DNA of 64,000 nt, taken from IMG/VR virus record IMGVR_UViG_3300006153_000003; one strand, given 5' to 3'. A model generated the notes under the pieces. It had not been told where the DNA came from, did not search any database, and was given only the letters and a program-made list of their open reading frames with translations. The translations under genes and the position numbers were made by a program. The DNA is from a virus (Duplodnaviria; Caudoviricetes). This document shows positions 8,903 through 18,728 of the stretch, in pieces. Positions within the stretch are counted from its first letter, which is position 1. Each line of letters starts with the position of its first letter.

Positions 8903-9361
8903 TTAATTTACATACTCTTGCGTACCCGATTTTTCTTCTCTCGGAACACAGAAATATTTCCAAACGCACCTAATATCTTCTTCGTCGCTGCCAAATAAAT
9001 ATGGGATCCACTGATCATCATATACTAACACGGCTCCATTGATAACATACATCATATAATGACCGCCATATCCAAAAATCACATTCTTGTCTTCATCATA
9101 TATATTTACATATGAAATAACATTCATTTCACATGGCCATCTATCATAAATTCTTCTGTTATTCTCCATAATACACATATAATAGGTACATCTTGCCCGA
9201 AAAATCTCTTCCATATCACATTTTGAATATAATAGTAGTTGCCGCAATTCAAAATCTGACAAGTTTTGTAATTGTGGTAATGATATACAATAATCAATCG
9301 TTGTTATCACGGTAAAAATTCCTTTCTGACATACCAACATCACGTAATGAATCCAGATCAA
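8903..9361 (-). CDS. Hypothetical protein (start uncertain; overlaps the upstream ORF)
   Basis: ORF track. Confidence 0.5.
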   Translation of the reverse strand: MIWIHYVMLVCQKGIFTVITTIDYCISLPQLQNLSDFELRQLLLYSKCDMEEIFRARCTYYMCIMENNRRIYDRWPCEMNVISYVNIYDEDKNVIFGYGGHYMMYVINGAVLVYDDQWIPYLFGSDEEDIRCVWKYFCVPREEKSGTQEYVN

Positions 9362-9548
9362 CCTTATTTACTCTTGAATTTTTTACCTGTATTCCTGCTT
9401 GCTTTAATATCTTTCTCACCTCTGATTTGGTAACACCAAAAACTTTACTTATATGAGGGACATCTTCTTGACTTCGATATTCTTCTATAATATTACGCTC
9501 TGATACCTCAATAAGCTTCCCTGGTTCATTCATGAAGTTATTATCCAT
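9294..9548 (-). CDS. Small HTH-like protein
   Basis: VPHISKVFGVTKSEVRKILK. Confidence 0.6.
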   Translation of the reverse strand: MDNNFMNEPGKLIEVSERNIIEEYRSQEDVPHISKVFGVTKSEVRKILKQAGIQVKNSRVNKVDLDSLRDVGMSERNFYRDNND

Positions 9549-9574
9549 AATATTATCCCCATATTCTAAAACTT

Positions 9575-10780
9575 TTAATCTCCACCTGCCTTAAAATTAT
9601 ATATCGGCTTTATAATTCTGTCAATCTCAACAGTATCATCAATATTACCCACAATATCATCCATACCTTTATAAGCCATTGGACATTCATCTAAAGTATC
9701 ACGATTTACAGATGTTGTATAGATACCTTCCATTTGCTTTTTAAACTCTGAAACTGTAAATGAGGATTTAGCAGCAGATCGACTCATTAGTCTTCCAGCA
9801 CCATGAGGTGCCGATTGATTCCACTCATCATTACCTTTTCCAATACAAATCAAAGAACCATCTCTCATATTGATAGGAATAAGCAACTTTTCTCCTTTCT
9901 TTGCAGATACAGCCCCTTTTCTTAAAATCATTGCCTCTGTATCTATATAGTTATGAATTGTTGTAAACTGATCCACAATATGCAGTTTCATTCCTTTTAC
10001 TATTTCATCCATCATTGCCTGACGGTTTAGTTCTGCATATTTTTGAATAATCTTCATATCATGAATGTACTGTATGAACAATCCATCTGATACATATGCC
10101 AATTGCTTGGGGATGTTGGTTCTCTTTGTGTTTTTCAATGCTGCAATACTTTTCTGAATTTCTTTCTGTTTTCCCTGTGCTTTTAAATCCATAATTAAAG
10201 CATCAATATCTTTTTGCGCAGATCCATTTAATTCCTTATAACCTTCTTCTTGATAATAATTTGCTACTTCCAACCCCAAATGACGGCTACCTGAATGTAC
10301 CACAATATAAATATTACCTTCATCATCTTTGTTGGCTTCTATAAAATGATTACCTCCACCTAACGTTCCCAGGCTTTTCTCTGCCCTTCTCTTATCTATC
10401 TTTTTATAGCAATATAGCTCTTCCAAATTAATGTCTTTGAAGTATCTATGTGTCTTTTCTCTTATATTGAATCCAGATGGAATCTTTTCATAGATTAGTT
10501 TATCAAGTTTTTCCAATTCTATATGCTTTTCTTTAACTTCTATAACCTCCATGCCACATCCGATATCAACTCCTACCAAATTCGGAACAATCTTATTTGT
10601 AATGGTCATAGTTGTTCCAATCGTGCATCCGGCACCAGCATGGATATCTGGCATTAGTCTAATTTTGCTATCAGATACAAATTCTTGATTAAGCAAAAGT
10701 AAAACCTGAGATATAGAAGCTTCATCTACAATATCTGTAAAAATTTTTGCTTCATTATATTTGCCTTTTAACTCTATCAT
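9575..10780 (-). CDS. rtcB: RtcB RNA 2',3'-cyclic-phosphate/5'-OH ligase
   Basis: MPDIHAG, VGVDIGCG, LGTLGGGNHFIE, HSGSR, HNY, RKGA, SAPHGAGR motifs. Confidence 0.95.
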   Translation of the reverse strand: MIELKGKYNEAKIFTDIVDEASISQVLLLLNQEFVSDSKIRLMPDIHAGAGCTIGTTMTITNKIVPNLVGVDIGCGMEVIEVKEKHIELEKLDKLIYEKIPSGFNIREKTHRYFKDINLEELYCYKKIDKRRAEKSLGTLGGGNHFIEANKDDEGNIYIVVHSGSRHLGLEVANYYQEEGYKELNGSAQKDIDALIMDLKAQGKQKEIQKSIAALKNTKRTNIPKQLAYVSDGLFIQYIHDMKIIQKYAELNRQAMMDEIVKGMKLHIVDQFTTIHNYIDTEAMILRKGAVSAKKGEKLLIPINMRDGSLICIGKGNDEWNQSAPHGAGRLMSRSAAKSSFTVSEFKKQMEGIYTTSVNRDTLDECPMAYKGMDDIVGNIDDTVEIDRIIKPIYNFKAGGD

Positions 10781-10804
10781 AAGTCCTCCATTTAAATAGT
10801 TATT

Positions 10805-11461
10805 TCATCGCCATACTAAAATCGGTTTTATCATATACCCATTTTTCTTTATACTTATTTCACCTATAATATTAAACTGAAACGGTACATATTCATATAT
10901 TTTTTCACTGTAATGATGTATTTCTTTTATCATTTTTGTTGACTGCATTTTTAAAATAATTGAATCAATTTTAGGATTTTTAACTTCATAATTAAAAGAA
11001 TTTAATAAGGTTTTATTCATTTCAAATGTATAAATACATTCTTCATTTTTCATTCTATTTATTATATAGTTAAAATTTTCAATATGATCAAAATCTTCAT
11101 ACACATCATCTCCAGAATCAATTCTATATAAAATAAAGAAGTCGCTAAAACCAATAAGAGTACCGTCACTTATATTTTTATCTAATTCTTGAATTGGATA
11201 TTTCTTAATTATAGTAGAAATTTTGTCATAAGAATTAGGTTTTACAATCAATTCTTCCACAATGGAATTATTGATTTTTCCATTTCCATTTATTTCAGAG
11301 GAAACAAATTTATTTATTATCCCTTCTGTTCCAAATTTCAAATTTGCATCTAAAGTGTTGTCTTCTTTCGTAATTACTTTTTTCTCTACATTCTTATTAT
11401 TTTGTATATACAACATTTCAATTTCTTCATCATCCATATAAAATAATGATATATTATTCAT
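10805..11461 (-). CDS. Hypothetical low-GC cassette gene
   Basis: 218-aa ORF flanked by junction sites. Confidence 0.75.
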   Translation of the reverse strand: MNNISLFYMDDEEIEMLYIQNNKNVEKKVITKEDNTLDANLKFGTEGIINKFVSSEINGNGKINNSIVEELIVKPNSYDKISTIIKKYPIQELDKNISDGTLIGFSDFFILYRIDSGDDVYEDFDHIENFNYIINRMKNEECIYTFEMNKTLLNSFNYEVKNPKIDSIILKMQSTKMIKEIHHYSEKIYEYVPFQFNIIGEISIKKNGYMIKPILVWR

Positions 11462-11501
11462 TTTATATATTCTCCTATATATGAACTTTCACATTCATTC
11501 A

Positions 11502-12047
11502 CTATCGTTCTATATAATTTAATGCTTTATTCTCCGTTGCTTTTATAAAATTATCGTCAGTTAAATAAGAATATCTTAAAACAGCTAATATTTTCCCACA
11601 AAAATTTGCTATATCTACCTCAATATCCTGTTCCTTTTTGTCCTCACTATACATAACTCCAGAACCTCCTCCTATTCCATATTTCAAATTAGAATATTCA
11701 GAAGAAACTAATTTAAATGCAATATGCTTATCATCTGTGCTCATAAAATCGTCTAAATCTACACTACCGCTATGTAAAAATTCACATCTCCAACAACTTT
11801 TTCCATCAATTAATCCAATTCCTGTTGTCGGATCAATATCATAATTTCCAATATTTTCGTCATACCACTTAGCATAAGCTGCTCCTTGTCCTTTATGACC
11901 ATTATACTCAGCTTTTCTATTGTAGATATCACTATAATCATATTTAGCACAAATATCAGGTATAACCAACGATAAGGCTAGAGCTGGTAGAAAACATTTC
12001 TTTTCAATTGCATCTTCTATTGCCTTTGCTAGTCTATCCACCCTCAT
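11502..12047 (-). CDS. HEPN-like protein
   Basis: ALALSLVIPDICA N-terminal helix; RCEFLH fits RX4H. Confidence 0.55.
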   Translation of the reverse strand: MRVDRLAKAIEDAIEKKCFLPALALSLVIPDICAKYDYSDIYNRKAEYNGHKGQGAAYAKWYDENIGNYDIDPTTGIGLIDGKSCWRCEFLHSGSVDLDDFMSTDDKHIAFKLVSSEYSNLKYGIGGGSGVMYSEDKKEQDIEVDIANFCGKILAVLRYSYLTDDNFIKATENKALNYIER

Positions 12048-12074
12048 ATGTTACCACTCCTTTAAACTAGAATT

Positions 12075-12332
12075 TTATGGTCTATTAAACCTTGCCCATT
12101 TAACACCATCCTGCACTTCATAAAGTGACATTCCACCATTTGCACTTACAATCATCCATACATGGCCATCTCTATTTTCTTTAAAATACCCAACAAAAGG
12201 TGGACGATTAGCATTTATATCATTCTTAAATTCGATCAATATTTCTTCCTCAAGATTTGGTAACTCAACACCATCCTGCCATCTATAATCTTTATTATTA
12301 TCATATCCTATAATTTCTTTCCATTCTAACAT
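12075..12332 (-). CDS. Hypothetical phage protein
   Basis: ORF with AAGGAG RBS. Confidence 0.7.
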   Translation of the reverse strand: MLEWKEIIGYDNNKDYRWQDGVELPNLEEEILIEFKNDINANRPPFVGYFKENRDGHVWMIVSANGGMSLYEVQDGVKWARFNRP

Positions 12333-12370
12333 TTCATTTTCTCCTTACCAAGTTGAATCCAGCCTTTCAA

Positions 12371-13063
12371 CTATATAATTTTATGTTCTGTAATCAATTT
12401 ATAAAAAACTTTTCCTTCTGCAGTAATATGTCCTCGCTCAGTTTTTACTTTTCCTGATATAGCATTTTTTGAAGTCTGTCTTACATAACCATCGTGGAAA
12501 ACTACTAATCCTAAACTTTGTAGCCTTAACATGCTTGCAAATGGAGGATGACTATCCTCAGTATACCTATACATCTTATAAATTTCTTTTAATTTTTCTA
12601 TATCATACAATGTAATTTGACTCAATATATCCGTATAAAGCATTAATTCTTTCCATTGAATAATTTTACTAATATATGCAATATATAAATTTCCAAAATA
12701 CATACTCTTTTCCAAATCTGTCCAGCTATTTATTTTAACCAAAATATAATTTACTTCCTTATAAAGTTGTTTTTTATTTGTTTTAAGGTAATCTAAATGA
12801 ATTTTAATTTCTCCTGGTGTAGCTACCCCTGAATTAACAGTATTTATAAATTGCTCAATCATTTTGATTTGATAAGCATTTCTAATACCAACTATTCCTT
12901 TTGCAAGAGCAACTACTATTTTAATCTTTGGTATAGGAAGTATTATTCCAAGCTTTACAAAAGTGTTTAGTTTATATTCTGCTAATTCCAAAAATATATC
13001 TGTTGCATCTTCTTTAAATTCCCTTAATTCATTAGTAGACATTTTCATCCCCCTTAAAAACAA
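12371..13063 (-). CDS. Hypothetical low-GC cassette gene with possible C-terminal winged helix
   Basis: 230-aa ORF; RLQSLGLV...ITAEGKVF. Confidence 0.7.
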   Translation of the reverse strand: MFLRGMKMSTNELREFKEDATDIFLELAEYKLNTFVKLGIILPIPKIKIVVALAKGIVGIRNAYQIKMIEQFINTVNSGVATPGEIKIHLDYLKTNKKQLYKEVNYILVKINSWTDLEKSMYFGNLYIAYISKIIQWKELMLYTDILSQITLYDIEKLKEIYKMYRYTEDSHPPFASMLRLQSLGLVVFHDGYVRQTSKNAISGKVKTERGHITAEGKVFYKLITEHKII

Positions 13064-13071
13064 TATTTATA

Positions 13072-13902
13072 CTAACAATCATATAAATCATACATAAAAA
13101 TATTACTATGCAATTTTTTTATATCAAAATTTTTATTAAAATTCTTATTCCAAAATTTAATCATTTCAATCTCGCTCATCAAAGCATCCGTTCCTACTAT
13201 TACTCCTTCTAAAATTCCATCGATATTAAAGTATTTATCCTTATTTTCTTGAGAAACAATGATAAATCTAAATTCATTTTCGTCTTTCCAATCCATATTT
13301 TTATTAAAAAAGAGTATTTTCCCCCTATTAATTATCATATCCATAGCATATTTAGTTTTGCAAATATTATATTTACATATTTTCTCAGATTCAACATACA
13401 TATTATCAACTATACTTCTAACATCAGCAATACTACAACTATAATTCACATCACCAAATAATAAAAAAGGAGCAAAATTATTTTTCATATTCATAATTAA
13501 TTTCTCTTTGTTTAATATTAGGCAAACCCCTTTATTATTATCAGCATATTGTGCCCACATTCTCGGTTTTAAAGCTCCACACCAACTATTAGTATCTACA
13601 CTCGTTTTTTCACCATCTTGAGCAAAAGAAATAATCTTCATTAAATTTACAATTATTTCTGAAACATCATTTGTAATATTATCCCAATTATAATCAAAGT
13701 AAGGATCTTTGTCTACATCGTGCATTATTCTTGCCGATAATCTTCTTACATATTTCTCTTGAGGATCATTAAAATTTTTCACAGAGCCACAACGTAATTC
13801 TTTACTTGGAAAAATATATTTTAATGCCGTATTCATACTCGTATAATGATAAACGTATTTCCCTTTATCTTCATTACTAATCCCAAACTGTGTGAAAATC
13901 AT
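13072..13902 (-). CDS. DUF2971-family protein
   Basis: YHYTS, FNDPQE, MWAQYADNNKGVCL, KxxDWxxENEFR motifs. Confidence 0.8.
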   Translation of the reverse strand: MIFTQFGISNEDKGKYVYHYTSMNTALKYIFPSKELRCGSVKNFNDPQEKYVRRLSARIMHDVDKDPYFDYNWDNITNDVSEIIVNLMKIISFAQDGEKTSVDTNSWCGALKPRMWAQYADNNKGVCLILNKEKLIMNMKNNFAPFLLFGDVNYSCSIADVRSIVDNMYVESEKICKYNICKTKYAMDMIINRGKILFFNKNMDWKDENEFRFIIVSQENKDKYFNIDGILEGVIVGTDALMSEIEMIKFWNKNFNKNFDIKKLHSNIFMYDLYDC

Positions 13903-13945
13903 AGTAAACTCCTATTCCCATGAAAGCAACATTCTATTGGTATAC

Positions 13946-14158
13946 TTAAATCTTTTCAGCTAACAATTTAATTTTGCTAAAACTCACGGGAGCTACTGCG
14001 TCATCAAGTGTCCCTTTTGTTTCTTTATACTCTTTACTCCAAATAGCAATTCCAGATTTATCACACCAATTATCTATTTCTCTTTCCAATTTATCAGCCT
14101 TAAAGCAAGCTTCGTTTTGCTGTTTTATTTTATCTTGAATATACTTTGGTAATTCCAT
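13946..14158 (-). CDS. Hypothetical phage protein
   Basis: ORF with GGAGG RBS. Confidence 0.7.
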   Translation of the reverse strand: MELPKYIQDKIKQQNEACFKADKLEREIDNWCDKSGIAIWSKEYKETKGTLDDAVAPVSFSKIKLLAEKI

Positions 14159-14179
14159 ATATTATTATCCTCCAAAAAT

Positions 14180-14602
14180 TTACGCTGTTTTCCTTCTTCT
14201 TCTAACATTTCTGATCTTCCACATTTCCCTTTCAGGAATATAACACCCTCCCCATTGAACAGCCGGATCATAAATAGTTATCAGCTTCTCCCAGTTACAA
14301 TCATAACACTCTATATCATCAGAAATCTCCGCTTCCCAACACGGAACTTTCTTCTTCAGATGATTCAGTGCTTGATTGCTCTTGTATCCATCCACAAAAC
14401 ACCAAATACCACGCTTAAAATCTTCCAAGTGCTGTTTGTAGAAAGATGCCTTTTTTTCATGGATACGTTGGATCTCATATCTTAAAAACTCAGGATAATC
14501 TTCTATATTAAATTCACCAGAAAGATGATATCGAATATGTTTAGCATGATGCGTCTGTTCCTGTGATTTAAATGCTGCTACTGAATAGCGGATAATCTTC
14601 AT
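14180..14602 (-). CDS. Hypothetical phage protein
   Basis: ORF with RBS. Confidence 0.75.
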   Translation of the reverse strand: MKIIRYSVAAFKSQEQTHHAKHIRYHLSGEFNIEDYPEFLRYEIQRIHEKKASFYKQHLEDFKRGIWCFVDGYKSNQALNHLKKKVPCWEAEISDDIECYDCNWEKLITIYDPAVQWGGCYIPEREMWKIRNVRRRRKTA

Positions 14603-14614
14603 ATGTAACCTCTA

Positions 14615-14848
14615 TCATTCTTGATGTGGTTCTGGTAACTCTGCCCAATATAATACTTTCCATTTAGAGGCTCGATCTCTCCAACACCATGTAGGCGTTT
14701 GTTTTCTACCTCTAAGTTCGTATGTCATAGTAAATGTTGCTCTACCATTGACACTTCCTTCACCATTATATTCAACAGTTACAAGATAATCATGCGCTCC
14801 ACCATATTCTGCTATTGGAGGATTATCTACGCTTTCCCAATTAATCAT
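14615..14848 (-). CDS. DUF551-like phage protein
   Basis: WxSVxxxP...YLVT...VLYWAELPEP. Confidence 0.65.
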   Translation of the reverse strand: MINWESVDNPPIAEYGGAHDYLVTVEYNGEGSVNGRATFTMTYELRGRKQTPTWCWRDRASKWKVLYWAELPEPHQE

Positions 14849-14891
14849 AAACTCTCCTTTCTGCTGGCAATGAAAACCGGATTTTCTGCCA

Positions 14892-15146
14892 TTAAGATAT
14901 TTTGTAGTTTTCCAAAGCGTCTTTTATATCATCAATAATATTACATGGATGATATTTATAAAAAACCGTCTTATCAAGATAATCAATAAGATCATCCCTT
15001 ACTTCCTTATCAAATGATTCCTCATATTTGAATAATTTTTCTAGCGGTTCCTGCATAGTTTGATTAGCTTCAAAATCAGCTTCTCCGTACACATACATAT
15101 CACCATAACCGAAATTTATTTTTTCAACCAATCTGCTCATTTTCAC
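14892..15146 (-). CDS. Hypothetical phage protein
   Basis: ORF track. Confidence 0.7.
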   Translation of the reverse strand: MKMSRLVEKINFGYGDMYVYGEADFEANQTMQEPLEKLFKYEESFDKEVRDDLIDYLDKTVFYKYHPCNIIDDIKDALENYKIS

Positions 15147-15381
15147 ACATCCTATACTTGATTATATTTTTTCGTTTCATCTACAACATCAACAACTTCA
15201 TGCAAAATACCTTGTTCTCTATATTCTCTATATATCCTCCTTGCTTCTTCCTCTGATTCAGCTAAAACATGAGTTGTTTCATGAAATGTCACTTTATAAA
15301 GACTTAAACTATTTGCTATTCCATCGATCATATATCCTTTCTTTCAAACTTATCATCTATTATCATATGGTCTTTATCATT

Positions 15382-15582
15382 TCAAGCATTTAATACAATA
15401 CTCTTATCTTTTACCGATGTAAACTCATACCAATGATAATGATGATCGTCTGGAAAATTATCTTTATCAGTAACTTTATATCGGTCATCTAGTTTAATAT
15501 CAAAATCAGGATTACTCATCTCCAAGCATTGAGCATTGACAGTATCCTTACATACAAGTACATCACCAATATTATATAGCAT
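15382..15582 (-). CDS. Hypothetical protein (possibly truncated by a TGA)
   Basis: Frame stays open ~17 codons past the TGA. Confidence 0.6.
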   Translation of the reverse strand: MLYNIGDVLVCKDTVNAQCLEMSNPDFDIKLDDRYKVTDKDNFPDDHHYHWYEFTSVKDKSIVLNA

Positions 15583-15641
15583 AACTTTACCCCCAATGAA
15601 AATCGAATTTAGTTGTTCTTATCATAATACTTACTCTCATC

Positions 15642-15854
15642 TCATGATTTTAAACATGGTTTTTCAGGTATTCCATCTTCTTCTGGGTCAAACCAAAAAT
15701 GCTTCCACAGACACTCATAACCATTTTCATATTCATATAAACATTCAAGGCAATACAAACAATTTATGCATTTTTCATTTTCCGGTTCGTAAGTATTACT
15801 ATTGCAAATATCACGACACTCTTGTCTAAATTGTATTTTCTCCCAATCTATCAT
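15642..15854 (-). CDS. Cys-rich hypothetical protein
   Basis: ORF with RBS. Confidence 0.65.
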   Translation of the reverse strand: MIDWEKIQFRQECRDICNSNTYEPENEKCINCLYCLECLYEYENGYECLWKHFWFDPEEDGIPEKPCLKS

Positions 15855-15888
15855 GATAAAACCTTCCTATAAGTCAAGTTTTCAACTG

Positions 15889-16611
15889 TTAATCCAAGTT
15901 TACATCTACAGGATTTTCCAACTTTAACAATTCGTCTTTATGTTCTACAAGAGCTGCACTTGCAATGGAATTTATTTTATTCTGGCAGAAAGATTCAATT
16001 TCTCCTTTTGCTTCCATTATCGTCTTATCCATTTGCTCGTTAAACTGATCTGCAATAAAGTCCATATTGCACCCAATTTCCATACTCAATTTAGATAACT
16101 TACTAAGAACTTCCTGTTTCTCTGCTTTTGTAAGTGTTTTCTTTTGATTAAATAGTTCTGCTACATCCTTAATAATTTGTTGTGATTCTATTGTTGCTTT
16201 TCGCCTTTTTTCTTTAAATTCATCAGCAAATTGTTCTCTCTTACTAACAAAATCACATTCCGGTATATGACCATCTTTTTCTGTCCAACGAATAGTCACT
16301 GGAACACCTGAAGCCATATTCATAGATGTAATAGCCTCAGCAAATTGTGAATAGCTCATTTCAACTTCAATAATTTTCTTATTCCCATAAATAGAATCAT
16401 AGTGCAATCCTCTTGTAATATCTGCATGATATAAGGTCATTGCAATTGTATCTCTATGTTCAATACTACTTCCAAACAAGGGCGTACTTTTACCATTTCT
16501 TCTATTAAATACCAATGTTCCATAACTCGGATGACTTGTCTTTGTTCCAAATTGTGTATTTTCTACTTTATAATCACTCATAACATTTCCTCTTTGTCCC
16601 ACTAAAATCAA
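15889..16611 (-). CDS. Conserved phage protein (likely start MSDYK at ~16581)
   Basis: HPSYG...LFGSSI...EVEMSYSQFAEAITS motif. Confidence 0.8.
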   Translation of the reverse strand: MILVGQRGNVMSDYKVENTQFGTKTSHPSYGTLVFNRRNGKSTPLFGSSIEHRDTIAMTLYHADITRGLHYDSIYGNKKIIEVEMSYSQFAEAITSMNMASGVPVTIRWTEKDGHIPECDFVSKREQFADEFKEKRRKATIESQQIIKDVAELFNQKKTLTKAEKQEVLSKLSKLSMEIGCNMDFIADQFNEQMDKTIMEAKGEIESFCQNKINSIASAALVEHKDELLKLENPVDVNLD

Positions 16612-16615
16612 TCAT

Positions 16616-16858
16616 TTATTTCTTCATCTTTTTAAATTTGGCAACACATTTCTTACAAAAATATTCTGGATGTGTTTCTATATCTTTTTCTCCATAATCT
16701 GTAGTCTCCCAATACCCTGGAATCATCCATGAATGTGGAGAACACAATGAAACTCCATTATCATCAAAACAATGGATTTTTGCATTCCCGTGTATAGAAT
16801 ATCCTCTCCCATTCAGTAGATCATCTCTTACTGGTAGCTGCCATTCCATAATCTCCAC
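16616..16858 (-). CDS. Small Zn-binding hypothetical protein
   Basis: HCF...LC...CKKC. Confidence 0.65.
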   Translation of the reverse strand: MEIMEWQLPVRDDLLNGRGYSIHGNAKIHCFDDNGVSLCSPHSWMIPGYWETTDYGEKDIETHPEYFCKKCVAKFKKMKK

Positions 16859-16877
16859 CCACTAAAAGCATACTCTC

Positions 16878-17066
16878 CTATATCCTTCTTGTCCCTTTAT
16901 GGTATTTCTCATACCATCGTTCTTCTCTTATATATTCTTGATGATTTATGGACTCCTCTGCCACATCTGCTTGAAAAGAACATTTCCCAGGGTTATTGCA
17001 GCCCTTATTCTTCTTATCAAAATGTGGGCATTCATTTATATCTTCTGCTAAACTACATTTTTTCAT
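16878..17066 (-). CDS. Small Cys-rich protein
   Basis: ORF overlapping the upstream stop codon. Confidence 0.65.
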   Translation of the reverse strand: MKKCSLAEDINECPHFDKKNKGCNNPGKCSFQADVAEESINHQEYIREERWYEKYHKGTRRI

Positions 17067-17794
17067 TTTTTCTCACTTCTTTCTTCTTTCCATTTTCGAC
17101 TCTTAAGAATCAGATCTCTATATTCCTCATAATCCTTGAAAGCTACATACTTTCCATTATATACATCCAAACACTGTTCTTCTCTTGCCATTTCATATTC
17201 ATTAGCAGAAACAACAATATAAATATCATTGTCTTTCTCGTGTTCAATAATTGTTTTGAACAATCCCTCTTTCAATTCGACAATATTATCAACACTTAGT
17301 CCCGAATCCACAGTGTCAAATAAAATCCAACGCTCATTGGACATTTCAATATCCTTATCACTACTTTCATCCTTTTTAAAAACGCCTTCAAAAGGGTTAT
17401 AACGTCTTTTATATATACCAGTTTTAATAAATCTTCCCAACTTCCCAGCCAGGTCCATTAAATTCAAAACAATATTCTCACCTTCGGATGAACTCATACT
17501 TTCTGCTACAAATCTAAAGTCTTCCAAAAAAGCTTTCTCAGAACGAGAATTAGACCCTCCATCAGAAAGATTATCGAATTTTGCAACCGGAATTTTCTCT
17601 TTCCTTAGCACATCCTCAATATTATGCAACAATGTTGTCTTTCCTATCCCATTACATCCTACAAGCACTGTAATACCAGGCTTAAGTTCTATAGTTCTCT
17701 TCTTATATAAATCAAACCCACAATCATACGGATCTTTCCAAAGTTTAATCTTTCTACCCATATTTTTCCACTCCTTCCTTATTATATCATACAC
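17063..17794 (-). CDS. ABC/AAA-type P-loop ATPase
   Basis: Walker A GCNGIGKT, SSEGE signature-like, Walker B ILFD. Confidence 0.8.
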   Translation of the reverse strand: MYDIIRKEWKNMGRKIKLWKDPYDCGFDLYKKRTIELKPGITVLVGCNGIGKTTLLHNIEDVLRKEKIPVAKFDNLSDGGSNSRSEKAFLEDFRFVAESMSSSEGENIVLNLMDLAGKLGRFIKTGIYKRRYNPFEGVFKKDESSDKDIEMSNERWILFDTVDSGLSVDNIVELKEGLFKTIIEHEKDNDIYIVVSANEYEMAREEQCLDVYNGKYVAFKDYEEYRDLILKSRKWKEERSEKK

Positions 17795-18642
17795 TTCTCT
17801 GCCATACCAATAAGTTTATTGATTCCATCGAATTTATCATCTCCGTTTTGTGCCATATCCCAACATTTACTCAAAATCTCTCTAAAATCCTCTGCTTTAA
17901 GAGGAACTACTGGGCTATTTTTAATAATAGGTTTCTTCCCTTCGGCTACATCCGTAACGAAATCGCCTATATCATTATAAAGTCTAATCTCATCCTCTCG
18001 TGCAATCCCTATATAATGTAATGTTGTATTGCGATCTGAATGGGAAAAGATTCCTTGCAGCTTATCAACTGTTGTTACATCATAAGGATGTAATTTCACT
18101 GACCAATATCCAAAAGTCTTACGAGTGCTATGTGTACTCACCGGATATTGAATTCCGCAAGCATCAGCTGCAATTTTAAATTGCTTACGATAAGCTGCAG
18201 CCTGACTTTGTGTAGCAATCCACATTAATTTCTGATATTCTTGTTCTGTATATTCTTCTCGATTCTCTAACAATTGAGACTTATTTGCAGTTGTAATTAT
18301 AAAATCATTATAATTTTCCATTGGATCAATACCAAATTTATCAATATATAACTGCAACGCCTCCTTACATGCCCCACATACATAAGGTCGAGTAACTTTT
18401 CCTGTTTTCTGCTCCTTAATCTCAATTTCATCTTTCATTCTTCCATTCTCATAAAAGAAATCAGACCATTTAAAAGACAATGTATCACTTACTCGTCTAC
18501 CAAGAAGTAGTCCGAAATTAAATGCTAAATACCAATGCCACATTTTTTTGATTTTGAAATAGTCCATCATATTTTTAATATCTTCCATATACCAAAATGG
18601 ATAAACCTCTGTCTTTCCTGTCTGTTTTGTTTTCTTTCCCAT
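17782..18642 (-). CDS. Tyrosine recombinase (catalytic domain only, with a C-terminal extension)
   Basis: GRRVSD (R), EQKTGK (K), HSTRK (HxxR), FSHS (H), LHYIG (Y). Confidence 0.9.
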   Translation of the reverse strand: MGKKTKQTGKTEVYPFWYMEDIKNMMDYFKIKKMWHWYLAFNFGLLLGRRVSDTLSFKWSDFFYENGRMKDEIEIKEQKTGKVTRPYVCGACKEALQLYIDKFGIDPMENYNDFIITTANKSQLLENREEYTEQEYQKLMWIATQSQAAAYRKQFKIAADACGIQYPVSTHSTRKTFGYWSVKLHPYDVTTVDKLQGIFSHSDRNTTLHYIGIAREDEIRLYNDIGDFVTDVAEGKKPIIKNSPVVPLKAEDFREILSKCWDMAQNGDDKFDGINKLIGMAEKCMI

Positions 18643-18728
18643 ATACTACCTCCATCCAATTGACTGCCAACATATGACCGCTGGCAGCCAAGACTATACT
18701 TTCTTTTTACAATTTTATGTATCTGTGT

